A program made the translations under genes and the position numbers. DNA of 64,000 nucleotides from Cyanophora paradoxa CCMP329 (taxonomy: Eukaryota > Plantae > Glaucophyta): the NCBI GenBank assembly GCA_004431415.1, contig QPMI01000013.1:62001-126000 (forward strand). The letters are read 5' to 3'. Below are positions 1 through 12,634 of the stretch, piece by piece. The stretch's first letter is position 1, and every line of letters starts with the position of its first letter. The notes under the pieces were generated by a model. It was not told where the DNA came from, did no database searches, and saw only the letters and a program-made list of their open reading frames with translations.

Positions 1-1020
1 CGCTCTCCCAGTCAGGCGGGGGGATCCAGAGGGGGCGAAGGGGGGGGGGGGGGGGGTACCGGCGTAGCCTCCCTTCTCGCCGCCGGCGCAGACGGCGGTG
101 TTCTCGCTGCAGAGCTGCTGGTCGCCCTGGGAGCACCAGCGGCAGCCCAGGCACGAGCTCCGCTGCCAGCCGATCCCCACCTGCGCCTCCAAGTCAATCT
201 TCGAGAGATCGCAGATCTCTAGGCACAGCGGGCGGGCGGGCGCGCCGTCTGGCCGAGGGAGAGGTGGGAGACTGCGGAGCCGAGGGCGGAGACCTCGCCC
301 ACGATCTCGTGGCCCGACACCTGCGGGAAGGCCGCACTGCGCGCCAGTGAGGACGAAGCCGCGGCCGGCGCGTTTGATGTGAGCTTGGGCGCGAGCGCGA
401 GCTCGGGCGGACGCACGCGGGGCCCCACTCGCCGTTGATCAGGTGGATGTCGCTGTGGCAGATGCCTGCGCGCGCGCGCGCGCGCGTCAGCTGCGAGGCC
501 CCACGGCGCGCACGTGCACGTGCAAGTACTAGTACTTGAGCTTACCGCAGTACTTGATCTTGACCTCGACGTCCAGAGGGCCCAGCTCGTTTGCTTCGTA
601 CGTGTACTGCGGCGCGCAAGGTCGGTACGGTTCGCGCGCGCGGCCGCGACCGGACCGGACGGCGGCGGCAAATATTCATATGCGAGCGCCTAGCGCATGA
701 CCAACGAAAGGAATGCCACGGCTAGATGAAAGGATTATCGGCGATAGGATCCGCGACAGGGAGCTGCCGCCGCTAGCGCTGATGATCGGGCATGACGTTC
801 ATGTGCGGCGGTTCGCGTGCACACTCGCGCCGCGCACGCGCGAGCGGGGAGTAGCCGCCGAGCCAGCGCATTTGCTTCGTTTCAAGCATCTAGCACTCTG
901 GTCGTGCTAACCAGGGTGCATGCGGCGGCGCGGCGGTTAGCGGCGCACCGGCTTCACGACGAGGCCGGCCTCGTAGGCCGCGTAGGCGTTGATGGTTCGC
1001 GGCTTCGCGTCGATGGTCAT
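1..1020 (-). CDS. Zn-dependent medium-chain alcohol dehydrogenase (CAD/Ahr-like), 5' part; runs off the left end of the window
   Basis: Spliced translation from ATG 1020: MTIDAKPRTINAYAAYEAG...[24 protein letters not shown]...GHEIVGEV...VGIGWQRSSCLGCRWCSQGDQQLC...GGYA. It contains the catalytic-Zn CHSD and GHE motifs and four structural-Zn cysteines. At least five introns, one with a GC donor. Confidence 0.92.
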
Positions 1021-1567
1021 CTTGCTGCCGGTGCACTTGGATCGCCTTGCTTGTGCAGGAAACTCCGGAGCGACTCTACCCCTTTCCCACACCTTCCCCC
1101 CACTGACAACCCAGTGACAACCCTTCGAAAACCGAGCGCGGCTAGCCTGCGCACCGTCACCGAGGGCATCTGCAAGATTCCAGCCTCTGTAATCTGCCAA
1201 CGCCGTGTCGCCGGAGCGCTGCGCCGCTTCCAAAGTGTCGCGGCACGCGCCGGCCAGCTGCGGCTGCCAGAGGAGGAACTCGCGGGGGTTACTTCCAGTC
1301 ACAGCAATGCGCTAGCTGCGCGTGTACACAGCCGCGCCCGGCACCGCTTACCGCTGCAATCGGTTTGTTCCCACAGTTCGACCCTTCCTGCAGTTTCCGC
1401 GAGCGGCTGACGCTTATGGAGAGATCAGCTCGAATCTGACCGCCGGAGACGGCGAGCTGCAGCCTGCAGCCCGCGGGCGGCTAGCGCAGCGTGCCGCGCC
1501 GCGGCTGCTGCGCGGCCTCGAGTTGGCGGCAGCTGGGCGGCCGCGCCTTGCCCCCTAGAGCAGCGAG

Positions 1568-4500
1568 ATGAGGCTCCAGGGCGTCAGAGACTCGTCGGTG
1601 CGGAGCGGAACAGTCTATGACGAAAGCTCGGTCAGGCTCGGCGGGGTCTACAGGACGGCCGGCGGCTCGGGGCGCCCCGAGTCCCTCCTCCTGAACCCCT
1701 CCTCCAGTGCCTTCTTTCTTCGTTCAAATTCAAATTTTGAATCCGTTGAGCTCACGCCCGGCGCCCGGCAGTCAAGATCGCCTCGGTCGGGATGGCCTCG
1801 CTCAACGGGTCGCACCGCGGGTCGCGGACGCCGCCCCGCAACAAGCAGGCCCGCGCGATCCCCGACAGCGAGAAGGCCCGCGGCGAGCTCTGGTACAGGC
1901 GAGCACACCGTCCCCCCCCCCCTCCCCCCCCGCCCCCCCCCCGCCCCCGCCCCGCCCCGCGCTGAACGTTGACGGGCAGGCACCGGCGGCTGGACCCGGC
2001 CGGCCGCGTCGCCGCGGCCTGCGACTGGGCGGCCGCGCTCTGCGTGGCGTGGGCGGCGGTGCTCGTACCCCTGCGGCTTGCCTTCCAGTGCGACGCGCCC
2101 TTCTGGAGGGCTCTGGACGCCGCCACGGACTTCGCGCTGCTCCTGGAGCTCCTGGTCAGGGCCCACGTCGCCCACGCCTCCGCCGGGCGCCTCGCCCTCT
2201 CCCGCTGGGCCAACCTCCGCGCCGCGCTGGGCGGCTGGCGCGGCGCCGCCCGGCTCCTCGCCCTCGCCCCGGCCCTCCTCCTCCCCGCCGAGCTGGCCCT
2301 GGCGGGCGGGCCCGCCCCCGGTCCCTTCCTCGTCATCCGGCTCCTGCGCCTGGCGCGCGTCCCCGAGGCCCTGGCGCTGGGCCGGGCCCTGGAGGCCTCC
2401 CGCGCGCTCGCCCTCCCCCTCGCCGTCCTTTTGAGGCACCTCCTCCTCCTCGCCCTCCAGGGTACGTCATTCGTCATCGCTAGCGCTCGCATTTCGATTC
2501 GTCCTCGCGGCTTCCTAACGCCTCCGGCCCGGCCCGCAGCGCACTGGTCGGCCTGCGCCTGGTTCGCCATCGGTCGCTACGCCGAGGAGGGGTACGGCAT
2601 CTCCGGCCACGACGCCACCTCGTTCACCAGCGCTCGGAGCTTAAGCTGATTCTGCGCAGGGAGGGCCCCTCGTGGCTCGGGGAGACGGCGCCCGGGGTAC
2701 GCGAGGATTCGACGGCGGGCCAGTGCGCCCCCCCCCCCCCCCCCCCCCCCTCTTCTTGAGCTTTCCGCTCAAATTTTGGATTCGAATTCAAATTCGAATT
2801 CGAACAGATACGTGGCATCGCTCTACTTCGCCGTTGGCGCGCTCGCCGCCGTCGGCCTCGGCGACATCCACGCCGTCCGTGTACCCCCCTTCTTTTCAAA
2901 TTCGAATTCAAATTTTTGACTTCGAATTTCTAAAAGGCGGCGTGGCGGGAGCGGCTCTTCTGCGTGTGCCTATTCGCCGTCAACTTCGCTCTGGTCGCCC
3001 GCGCCCTCGCCGACACCCGTGCGCGCGCGCGCCCGGAGCCGCCTGTTTTTGATCTTCCCGCCCCGCCCTTGTCTTGAAGCTAGAGCTATGACCATCCGAG
3101 CCGCTTATAATTAGGCTCTCGAGCCCCGTCCCCGCCTCACCATCGCTCCGCTCCGCGCAGTGGGCGCGGCGGTGTGGGGCCGGCAGCGGGCGGGAGCCTT
3201 CCGGGAGCGCATGGGGCAGCTGGAGTCCCTCATGGCGGCCGAGGCGTTCCCGCCCGCCCTGCGGGCCCGCCTCGCCACGCACTTCGCCCTCGCCGAGGAG
3301 GCCGCGGCGCCCGCCGCCGCCATGCTCGAGGGCCTCCCCTACAGGTCCGTCAGAGGAAGAGAAGGGATCCAGAGGCCTATAGGCTAGAGGCCTAGGCTAG
3401 AGGCCTAGGCTAGAGGCAGGCTAGAGGATTCGTTGGCTCTGTTTCTTTCTTTTTCTTTCTTTCTGGGCCTCCCCTACAGGTCAGAGGAAAATTCTGGATC
3501 CAGAGGCCTAGGCTAGAGGCCCAGGCTAGAGGCCCAGGCTACAGGCCTAGGCTAGAGGCCCAGGCTAGAGGCATAGGCTAGAGGCTAGAGAACTCGCCTT
3601 CGTTCTTTCTGACCTTACAGCGTGAACCGCAGCATGCGGTGCGAGGTGGCGGACCACAGGACGCGCGCGCTGGCTGAGCAGTGCGCGCTGCTCGAGGGCT
3701 GTGAGGGCCGCTTCGTGCAGGCCCTCGCCGTCCTCATGCGCCGCGCCGTCTTCACCCCGGGCCAGGCCCGCCCCGCCCCGCCCCGCCCCGCCCCGTCCCG
3801 CCCCGCCCCGCCCCGCCCTGCTCTGACGCCTTCGCTTATAGTACGTGACGCGGGTGGACGACCCGTCGCGGGAGATGTACATCATCGGCGGCGGCGAGGT
3901 CGAGGTCTGGAACGAGGACATCGCCCACGTATGCTATCCCGCCCGCCTCCTCTGCCCGCTCGCGCATCGCTGAGCGGGCCGCGCGCAGCCGCGGCGGGTG
4001 ATCGGGCGGGGCCAGTGCTTCGGCGAGATCTCCATGCTCTTCGGGTGGGCCCTCCCTCTCTCCCCCGCTCCTCCTGAGCCGATTCAACATCCTCATCCTC
4101 CTAATCCCCCCCGCAGGGTGAAGCAGACGCACACGGCGTTCACGCGCTCGCTCGCTGTCCTCTATGCAGTCGAGCGCGAACCCTTCGAGGCGCGCCCGGC
4201 CCCCGGCCGCCCCGCCCCGCCCCGCGCCGGCCTAGTTCTAGAAGAGGCGGCGCTTGTACTAGGGCCCGGCTCCGGGTTCTCTGCTTCCGCTTTGCTCTGA
4301 GCCGCGCCGCGCCGCGCTGCGTGCAGGAGCTGTCCCACGCCTTTCTGGACCAGGTGGCGCGTATGCGGCAGAACGCGCTGAAGATGGGCGCGGCGTCGCT
4401 GGGGCGCTCCTTCGAGGGGGTGCGGGCGGCGATCCGGCGGCTGGAGGAGGAGCAGCTGATGCGCCTCTGCTACTTCGCCGGCTTCAACGACGTCGAGAAC

Positions 4501-6978
4501 ATGGCGCGCATGCTCGACGGCGGCCTCGACGTCAACGCCGCCGACTACGACGGCCGCACCGCCCTCCACATCAGCGCCTCCGAGGGCCACGTCAAGGCCA
4601 CCGAGCTGCTGCTGCGGCGCGGGGCGGAGGCGGGGCGGCGGGACCGCTGGGGCGGCACGGCGATGCAGAACGCGGTGAAGTTCGGGCACGACTCGGTGGC
4701 GGCGATCCTGCGGCAGCACGGCGCCCGCCTCACCGACGCCGATGTCGGCGACGCCCTCTACATCGCCGCCTCCGGTGCACCCGCCCCACGCCTCCCGCCT
4801 CCGCCCCTGCCCAGCACCGCTGACACCGGCGGCGCGCGCGCGTGCAGAGGGGGACATCGAGACGCTGCAGCGGTACGTGCGGAACGGGGCGAACCCGAAC
4901 GTGTGCGACTACGACAAGCGGACGGCGCTGCACCTGGCGGCGTCGGAGGGGCAGCTGGCGGCCGTCGAGATCCTCCTCAAGATGGGTGCCGACATCGACG
5001 CGCACGACCGCTTCGGCTGCGCGCCCCTCGACGACGCCCTCCGCGGGGGGTACGAGGACGTCGCGAACCTCCTCCGGGAGAAGACGCTGCTGGGGGCGAC
5101 GACGGCCAAGGGCGGCGGCTCCTTCGTCTCCGGGGGGGCCTGGGGCCTCGCCTCGAGCCGCGCCGGCAGCGTTGTGGTCAGCGGCCGGCGCCGCTCGGAC
5201 GTGGGCAGCGAGGCCAGCGGCGATCACGAAGGCGCCAGCGAGGCGCTCTCCCCGCGGACGCCCTTGGTGCCCGTGCCGCAGCCGCGGTCCCTGGGCGCGG
5301 GCCTGGGGTCCCTGGCCGAGGAGCCGGCCCCCTCCTCCTCCTCGGACAGGGTCGGCACTGGCACCTGGACGACCGGCGCCGGCGCGCCCTCCTCCTCCTC
5401 CGTGCGCCCGGCGGCGGAGGCGGAGATGCGGCTGGAGACGCCGGGCGGGGACACGCCGCTCCTGGTGCTGCAGGCGGAGGCGGGGAAGGGCCCGCCGCGG
5501 CGCAGCGACATCCTGCGCGCCGTCGCGGCGGCGGCCGCGCACCACTTCGACGGGCACGGCACGCCCCACTCGGCGACCTTCCGCAGGGAGGCCCACGCCT
5601 CGCTCGCCGCCCTCGTCGGGCCCTCCGCAACGGCGACGGCCGCCCCTTCGCCCACGCCGCAGGCGGCGGCCTCGGCCGCGCGGCCGGAGGAGCAGCAGCT
5701 GCTCCGGCTCGCCTCGTTCCAGTCCTCGGGGCGCGCCCCACCGGAGGAGCCGCCCGCAGCCGGGGCCGCCCCCCCCGCCGTGAGCCCCTATCTATCTATC
5801 TCGTTCTTATTTGTTGTTGTCCCTCTCTCTCTCTGATTCTCCTCGGAACGACCAGTCCTCGTTCCAGTCCTCGAAGCGACCCTCCCTCTCCGTCTCAGGC
5901 CCCGACGAGCCGCCCGCAGCCGGGGCCGCCGTGAGCCCCTCTCTTCTCCTTCGTGTTATTCTTTTTCTCTCTCCTCTAAGACTCTGCGGCAGGCCGTGAG
6001 CTTCGCGCCTTCGTACGCGGCTTCCCCCGAGCCGCCCAAGGCCAGGGCCGGAGCCGTCGCGGCTTCAAGCCTCAGCCTCGGGCCTTCCCTGTCCCCCGAG
6101 CTCGAGCTCGAGCTCGAGCCGGACGGCTTCCCCGTGGTCTCCCTGCCGCCCCCCGGCCCCCTCCCCGCGCGCCCCCTCGCGCTCGGCGGCGGCTTCGGAT
6201 CCCTCGCCCCGAGCAGGGCCGGGCCGGGGGCGAGGGCGGCGCCGGCCTCGTCGCCGAGCCTGTCGCTGCCGCTGACGCGGGAGGCTGTGGCGCGCTTCGC
6301 GGGGGAGGCGGGCGCGCCACGCTCGGAGAGCCTGGGCCCCGGCCTGCGCCGCCGCGGCGGCCGCTTCACCCGCGTCCAGCGTGCCGACGCGACGACAGAC
6401 GGCGGCGGCGAGTCCCACTACGCCCCCTCTGAGGCGGGGCAGGCGGGGCAGGCGGGGCCCGGCGGCGGCGGCGGCGGCGCGGGGCGGCGCACGGTGGTCA
6501 TCACGCCCGACGACGTCCTCCAGCGCTTCATGCACTTCGTCGCCCTCCGCGAGGGCATCCGCGCCCACCGCATCCGGTGCCAATCAATCAATTACTTCTC
6601 TAAGTGGCCCCGACCTTAATTTCTAAGGGGCCGGGGCGCAGGTACGTCTTCGGAGGGTCGGACCTCGTGGTGCTCTCGGCGACGGCCCCCGTGCTGGAGC
6701 AGGCCTCCGTGGGGGCCGAGGCCGAGGCAGAAGGGGGGCGGGGGCGCCGGAGACGGGGGGCGGGCCCGCTCCGCGTCGCCCCCCGCGGCTGCGAGCGGCG
6801 CGGAAGCCGGGGCCGGGGCCGGGGCCGGGGCCGGCGCAGGGCCCTCCGCCCCCCCCCTCCTCCGCCCGCAGCCGGCATAGACGTGCAGCTGCCGGCGCGG
6901 GGGGCGTCATGGGCTCGCCCCTATCCGGCCTCCTCCCCCGCCGCGGGGCCCCCTTACAGATTTGAAGCTATCGCTTGA
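1568..6978 (+). CDS. Shaker-like (SKOR/GORK/AKT-type) cation channel with CNBD and ankyrin repeats; 3' end approximate
   Basis: Exons encode TM segments (S4-like IRLLRLARV), pore helix YVASLYFAVGALAAVGLGDIHA, C-linker, CNBD (EMYIIGGGEV...FGEISMLFG) and ankyrin repeats (DYDGRTALHISASEGH, DRWGGTA, DYDKRTALHLAASEG, DRFGCAPLDDA). About 15 introns. Confidence 0.85.
3372..3590. repeat. Intronic minisatellite with a 13-bp unit AGGCCTAGGCTAG, in two arrays
   Basis: Directly visible degenerate tandem copies at about 3372-3427 and 3502-3590. Confidence 0.9.
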
Positions 6979-8161
6979 TCTTATCGCTAGCTATAGCGCT
7001 TACTATAGCCAGTTACTTAACTTGTCAAGAGAGTACTTGTTGCTTTTGAAGTGCCCGGAGTCGCTCCTGTCCGGCCTCCTCCCCGGAACCCCCGCCGGGC
7101 CGGACAGACTCTGAGATTCGATGTCAATGACTTGATTTTATTTCTAGCGCGTACTTCTTTGTTAATTGTAACGTATAGAGTATTCGTTGCCTAATATTTG
7201 CCGGTAGTGCCGAAGTAGTACAGAGTGCTGCAGACTCTGAGTTCACATGCACATGTAGATTTCATTATCAGAGTCCGACGGTCCGACGTCGACGTCGACG
7301 TTCTGTGACGGTCTGTTTCAATTCTTTGTGGATCCGGAGCGCTAGCGCCGGTTCTGCTTTAATAATGAATTTCAAGCTTGCCGCATTCTAACTAGTACTA
7401 GCTTGGCAACCCGATTCTGATCAGGCCTAGCCTAGTAGGGCCCCCCCGGGCCCCGGCCCGGGCACGACTCACTGTAATCATGAGCCAGCCTCGCAGGGCC
7501 CCGGCCGACTCGGCGACTCGCGGCGACTCGACGAGGAAGATCAGGAGCCTTAATCATGAAACCTGAAACGTGGCCATCCAGGTCCCAGGCCCCCGTTCAC
7601 GTGCGCAGTGGCAAACGCACGTGCATGCAGTTGCCGCACCGTGGCACTGTGGCAGTGCCTACTTTAATTACATAACGTTATTCAATGATTAAATCGATAT
7701 TTTGCTCGCATTCACGCCAACTTGGCAACCGCGGCTGCGACCGCGCTCGCGCATCCCAACGGCTCGCGATGGCGCGGCGGCGCCGCAGCCGAGCGCCTCA
7801 GACGGGGGCCGGGGCCGGGCCGGCGCGGTGGAGAGGTGAGGGCGCCCCACGGGCCAACGCGCACGTGGCCGGGGAAGAGGGGGAGAGGCTCGAGCGGAGC
7901 ACCGCCGGCGGCAGATGCGGGAGGGGGCCGGAGGAGGCGGAGGAGGGGGGGTAGGGGGGCGTGGCACGGGCGCGCCAAACCGCGGGAGTCGGAGGGGGGG
8001 GGGGGGAATGGGGGGAAAGAGAGGAGGGGCGCCAGCGGAGCAGACAGAGGCGAAAGAGGAGTACCGAGAGAGGTGGGGAGGGTGGGGGGGTGTTGTTGGG
8101 AAGGGCAGAGGGGGGAGGAGGGGGGGGGGTAAGAGGAGGAAGGGGGAGGGCCCGCCGAGCC

Positions 8162-9173
8162 TCACCAGGTGGGCACCGGGTCGGGCACCGAGTCTAAAAA
8201 TAGCCGGAGTTCGAGCTCGTCGGGGGATGAGGGGCCCTCCGGGGTACCGGCGGGGGCCGGGGTCGCCCCCCCCTCCTCGCCGCCGCCGTCCCCCCCGGAG
8301 CGCCGGAGGGCGTACCCCCAGAAGTAGGCCTTGAGGGCGTCCTTCCGGCGGCCGCGGATGCGGTCCTGGAGGGGGCGGTAGGCAGGGGCGTCCCACGGGA
8401 CGAGGGATCGAATCCAGCGGGCGCGGTTCGTGAGGAGGATGACGCCGTCGCCCTGCGCCGGCAGCTGCGCCTTCACGACGAAGGGCCGCCTCCGCTTGAG
8501 CACCTCCTCCATGATCGGCCGCCGGTCGTACCACGGCTCCGGCGCCGCCGCCGCGGCCGCGGCGGCCTCCGGCGTCGCCGGGCCCGCGCCCGCGCCCGCG
8601 CCCGCACCCGCGGAGCCCTCCGAGCCAGCGGGAGCCGCTGCATCCGCCAACGCCGGAGCGGGGTCCCCGCTCGAGTCCGATGCGCCACCTTCTGGCGCCG
8701 ACTCCGGCGCGGTCGGTGCCGGCTCCGGCGGCGGTTCCAGGTGCGGCTCGAGCGGAAAGACGGAGAGCTGCGAACGAAGGCGTCAGTGCGCGCGCATGAT
8801 TCATCATCCGATAACGTAGCTAACGAGCCCGGCGCCCGATCGCGCCGCCGGCGGGAGGTCGGGGATGCGATTCGGCCGCGGCGCGATCGCGCTTCTCGGG
8901 GCGGCGCGGTCGGCGCACGTATCGCGTGTTGCAGACGTGCTTGTGCAACGCCCACGCGCCCTTGAAGCACGCCTTGCCGCAGAAGTACGCGCACTTGCAC
9001 CGCGAGCACTGCAGCGGGGCGCCCTCCGCCCCGCAGGCGCCGCAGCTTAGCATCATTCTAGCTGGTGCCGGTGTGCTTGAGCTCGGTGCGGCGCGGTCGC
9101 TCGCTTTTGGGTACGATTTGGCTTCGGCGATTCGGATCGATTCCTCCCCCGGGGTACGTGCGAACGAAGTCAT
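8162..9173 (-). CDS. MYND zinc-finger protein with a C-terminal domain of unknown function
   Basis: Exon 1 has CGACGAEGAPLQCSRCKCAYFCGKACFKGAWALHKHVC (MYND). Exon 2 has a low-complexity linker then FVVKAQ...ILLTNRAR...LKAYFWG...PDPVPTW*. Confidence 0.85.
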
Positions 9174-9397
9174 CTAGCCGAAATTCAAACGGCGCGAGGT
9201 CAAACGCCGCGCGATGGCCGCGCCCCGCGCTTCATCCGCGCCCATCCGCCTCCGAAACCCGATGCGTTCGCGTCGGACTCCGATCGTTATCTTAGGCTTC
9301 GCGCCGCGCGGCAGATCTAGAGCAGCAGCAGGCGAGCACAGAAGTGCACTTGTCGGCAGCCTAGCCCAGCAGAGAGATTGCCTTCGGTCTGCCAGCT

Positions 9398-10567
9398 ATG
9401 CCTGCATCTAGCTTCGTCTCTCGGCTGCGGCGCACGACGAGCGCTGCGGAGCTCGACGAGCAGGAGCCGGCGATGCCTCCGGAGGCTAGCTCGTCCAGCG
9501 GCTCCAACAGCATCTTGATGGCGTTCCCGGCGTCCGAGCGGAGTGAGCGACCCCGTGCCTCCAGCTGTCTCCAGCGCGCCGCGCCTGACGAGCGCATCTT
9601 GCAGTCGACTGGTCGGTGGTGCGGCCGCGGCGCGGCGAGAAGTTCTTCGCCCTGAAGCATCGCGTGGCGGTCAAGATCCGCTGCAAGAACCCGTCGCCGG
9701 TCGTCATGGAGGTGAGCGAGCGAACGAGCGAGCGCGGCCCGCCCCCTGCGCCAGCTGGCGCGCGGCGGCGGCAGCGGCGGCGGCTGACCCGGCCCGCCGC
9801 GCCCGCCCCGCAGGCGATGTGCGACCTTTACGTGTCGGACTGCCGGCTGGTGATGATCCCGGAGCGGGGGCGCGTGGTCAACGGGCGCCAGATCGACGCC
9901 GTCGAGTGCGAGCTCGCCGGGCTCGAGGACGAGTGCCTCGCGCCCGTCCCCTCCAGCCCCTTCCGTGCGCCCCCGCCCCCGCCCCCGCCGCTCCGCCTAC
10001 TCCGCGCCGCTGATCATGAGGGCCCGGCCCGGTCCCCGCAGGCGAGGAGTGCGTGGAGTTCGAGGTGAAGGAGGGCTTCGGGCGGGCCGGCCGCTTCACC
10101 CTCTCCTGCACGCACGCCCTCGACCTGTTCGTCCTCCTCCTCACCCTCCTCCTCCACGTCCGATTCATTCCCGCCCGCCAGCCCCGTGCGCCCTTCTTCC
10201 CCCCCGCCCAGCCATCCTTCCACCGCGCCCCGCTGACGAACGTACCCCTCGCCCTTCAGACGTCCTGCTGCTGACCGACCCGGCGGAGATCGCGCGGATG
10301 TGCGCGCCGCCGCCGGCGCGGCCGCCGGTGCGAACGGCGTACTACGTCCCGGGCTCGGGCGAGCTCTTCCTGTGCGAGGAGCGCCCCGACGCCGGCGGCT
10401 TCTGCATGCCGAACCTCTCGCGGCCGTACGACGCGCTGGAGTTCGCGGAGATGGCGGCGCGCCTGCGGCTCCTCTCGGCGCGGAAGCAGGCCGAGGAGGA
10501 GGAGGCGCGCCTCGTCTCCACCGCCAAGCTCCACCGGCCCCGCCCCGCCCGCTCCGCCAGCCCCTAG
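9398..10567 (+). CDS. Putative GRAM/PH-like (WBP2-like) protein
   Basis: Five-exon model with canonical splice sites. GEKFF...CDLYVSDCRLVMIP resembles the GRAM GxLYLTxxRLIF strand, and AYYVPGSGELFL resembles the C-terminal motif of plant WBP2-like proteins. The family call is tentative. Confidence 0.5.
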
Positions 10568-11022
10568 CCGATCGCGAGCGCTAGCCGCCCGATCGATAAT
10601 TTCAATCACGTGCACAGCAGGAAAGTTACTTACGTTATAATTATAAGCTGATCAGTGTACACAACCTTTCGAGTAGATTACTGAATTCGTCGAAGGTATC
10701 GCTCTACTAGTTAGTTTTTCAATTATGCAAGTGTCGAGTCTATCTGCCAAACGCAGCTCCGTTAGCATGTACTAGTGTCTCGCAAGTACTAGTGATGTCA
10801 AGCTTCAAATGCTATGTAAATGAAAAGAGTTCAAAACTATCGCTGAGCTTAAACTGACCAGCCCAGCGGCTTACAACCAATGAATTTCATACGCACCACC
10901 GCCTAGGCATGTACGTTGTACAACGTTGTACAACTAATTACGAAGTTATATAATATACACTCATGATAATAATTAGGAACTGCAGCTGCGCATGCAGCTG
11001 CAGCTGGCGATGGCGATGGGCA

Positions 11023-12634
11023 TCATTGGGAAGGCACTAACAAACCATCGGGAACAGGGGTGAATTGAAAGAAACTGTAAAGGGAAAGGGTAATGTTAAT
11101 TAATCGAGTATTCAGAGACTCAGAGTTGGCTCGCCCTTCGCGGAGGCACCACCTCCCTTCGCGGGGGAATCCTGACCGACCGGCGTTCCGATCGGGGCCA
11201 CTTGGACCACGAAGGGGGAGGCGAGCCCCAGGAGGAAGCCTCCAGGGCCCGCGGGGCCGGCGGCGGCGGCGGCGGCGGCGGGCGCCTCGCCAGCGATGTC
11301 GACGCGCCGGGACGTAGACGGCCCTCGCGACGCCTGCGGCGAGTAGCAGCGCTCCGCCCCCGGCCCTGCAAGGGGGAGCCCGTGAGATAGAGTACCCCCC
11401 TAGGCAGGGGCCCAGGCCGCGGGCGCACGCGGCGACGACGATGGCGATGCCGGTGGTCGACATGGGCGAGAAGGGGTTTGAGGAGGATGAAGATGGGGGG
11501 ATGTTGCCGTTGGCCGGTGGTTTTCCCCCTAAGCTGTACCCGGCGCTCGCGCCGGAGGATGTTGTACCCGAGGAGTTAGAGATCGTGCTGGAGGGCGGGG
11601 CGGTGGGCCGCGGGGTGGGGGCTGCGGGGGCTGCACACGCACCCGAGTGAGCGGGAGCGGCTCCCTCGGGCACAAGACGGGCGGGCGGGCGCACCAGGGT
11701 ACAAGACGACGCTCCCGGTGCCCTGCACGCGGACGATCCGGTCCACCTTCAGGTCGCCGAGCACCGGCTGGCCCGCGGTGGCCCGGGCCGTCAGGGCGTC
11801 CAGCGCCCGGTCGATCCAGCCCCTCTCGACCTTCAGCTGGAGCATGACGAGACTGGCCGAAGATCCGACGATCGTGACCTGCGCGCAGGCTCGGATTGAG
11901 GATCGGATCGAGGCGTGCGCACGCGATGAGCTCAGTAACCGGAACACACACCTGCCAGTAGGTGTTGATGGACGAGAGGAAGCCCTCGCGCAGCTCCTTG
12001 TCGATGGCCCGGTCTGCCTTGACCCAGTTCGCCGCCACATTGTACTGCGAGATGGGGACTTGCGCGTACTTCGAGACGACGCTCGCGAACGACACCTTGA
12101 ACTCCATGTTCACAATCGCTGCGAGTTCAAGGGGACGAATTATTCCACGGCTCGAACCAGGCAGGAAAATGCGGCGAACCAGGCACGATGGCTGCATGGA
12201 TGTCAATGCCAACGCCATGGTCAAGGTGAAGCGCTAGCGCTGAGGACGAGACTTACCTCCAGTCGCACCACCTCGTGGCCAGGTATACGCACGGAAGCTT
12301 CTCGCGGAGCTTGACTGCAATTCGCAGCTTCAGCTTGTGGCCCGCAGGTGCTTTCACGACGTCGACAGCGCCGAAGCCTTTCTGTGTAACGCCCCCAATG
12401 CTCGCTTCGAAAACCGCGGCGGAGCTCCGATCAATCCTCCCCTTCCATTCATCTCCGCCCTTCAAGACAAGCGTCTTGTCTCCAGCAGCAAGCCCGGCTG
12501 CGTGCGGGGAGTCAGGGCCAGTGCGAGCTTGTGGGCGTAGCATGCGCACCTGTTGAAAGTAGGAGCGCGACTGTGAGAAACGAAGCCAGCAGCTGCAGCC
12601 GGCATGCGCCGGCACGCTCAACGCTCGAATGCAT
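11023..12634 (-). CDS. Uncharacterised type I membrane protein (signal peptide, ectodomain, S/P/T-rich stalk, TM helix, basic tail); exon structure approximate
   Basis: MHSSVERAGACRLQLLASFLTVALLLSTAGLAAG signal-like N-terminus, globular exons, stalk PAAPTPRPTAPPSSTISNSSG, hydrophobic GIAIVVAA/GGGALLLAAGV followed by an Arg-rich segment. Confidence 0.5.

Noticed and set aside
3372-3590. CRISPR-like repeat array
   Set aside because: 13-bp units with no unique spacers, inside a eukaryotic intron, and no cas genes.
6730-6880. Arg-rich C-terminus or programmed frameshift at the end of the channel gene
   Set aside because: The region is full of G/C homopolymers, so frame changes are more likely sequencing errors or an unresolved intron.
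10790-10850. Possible C/D box snoRNA (GTGATGT...CTGA)
   Set aside because: Imperfect C box, no convincing terminal stem and no recognisable rRNA antisense element.
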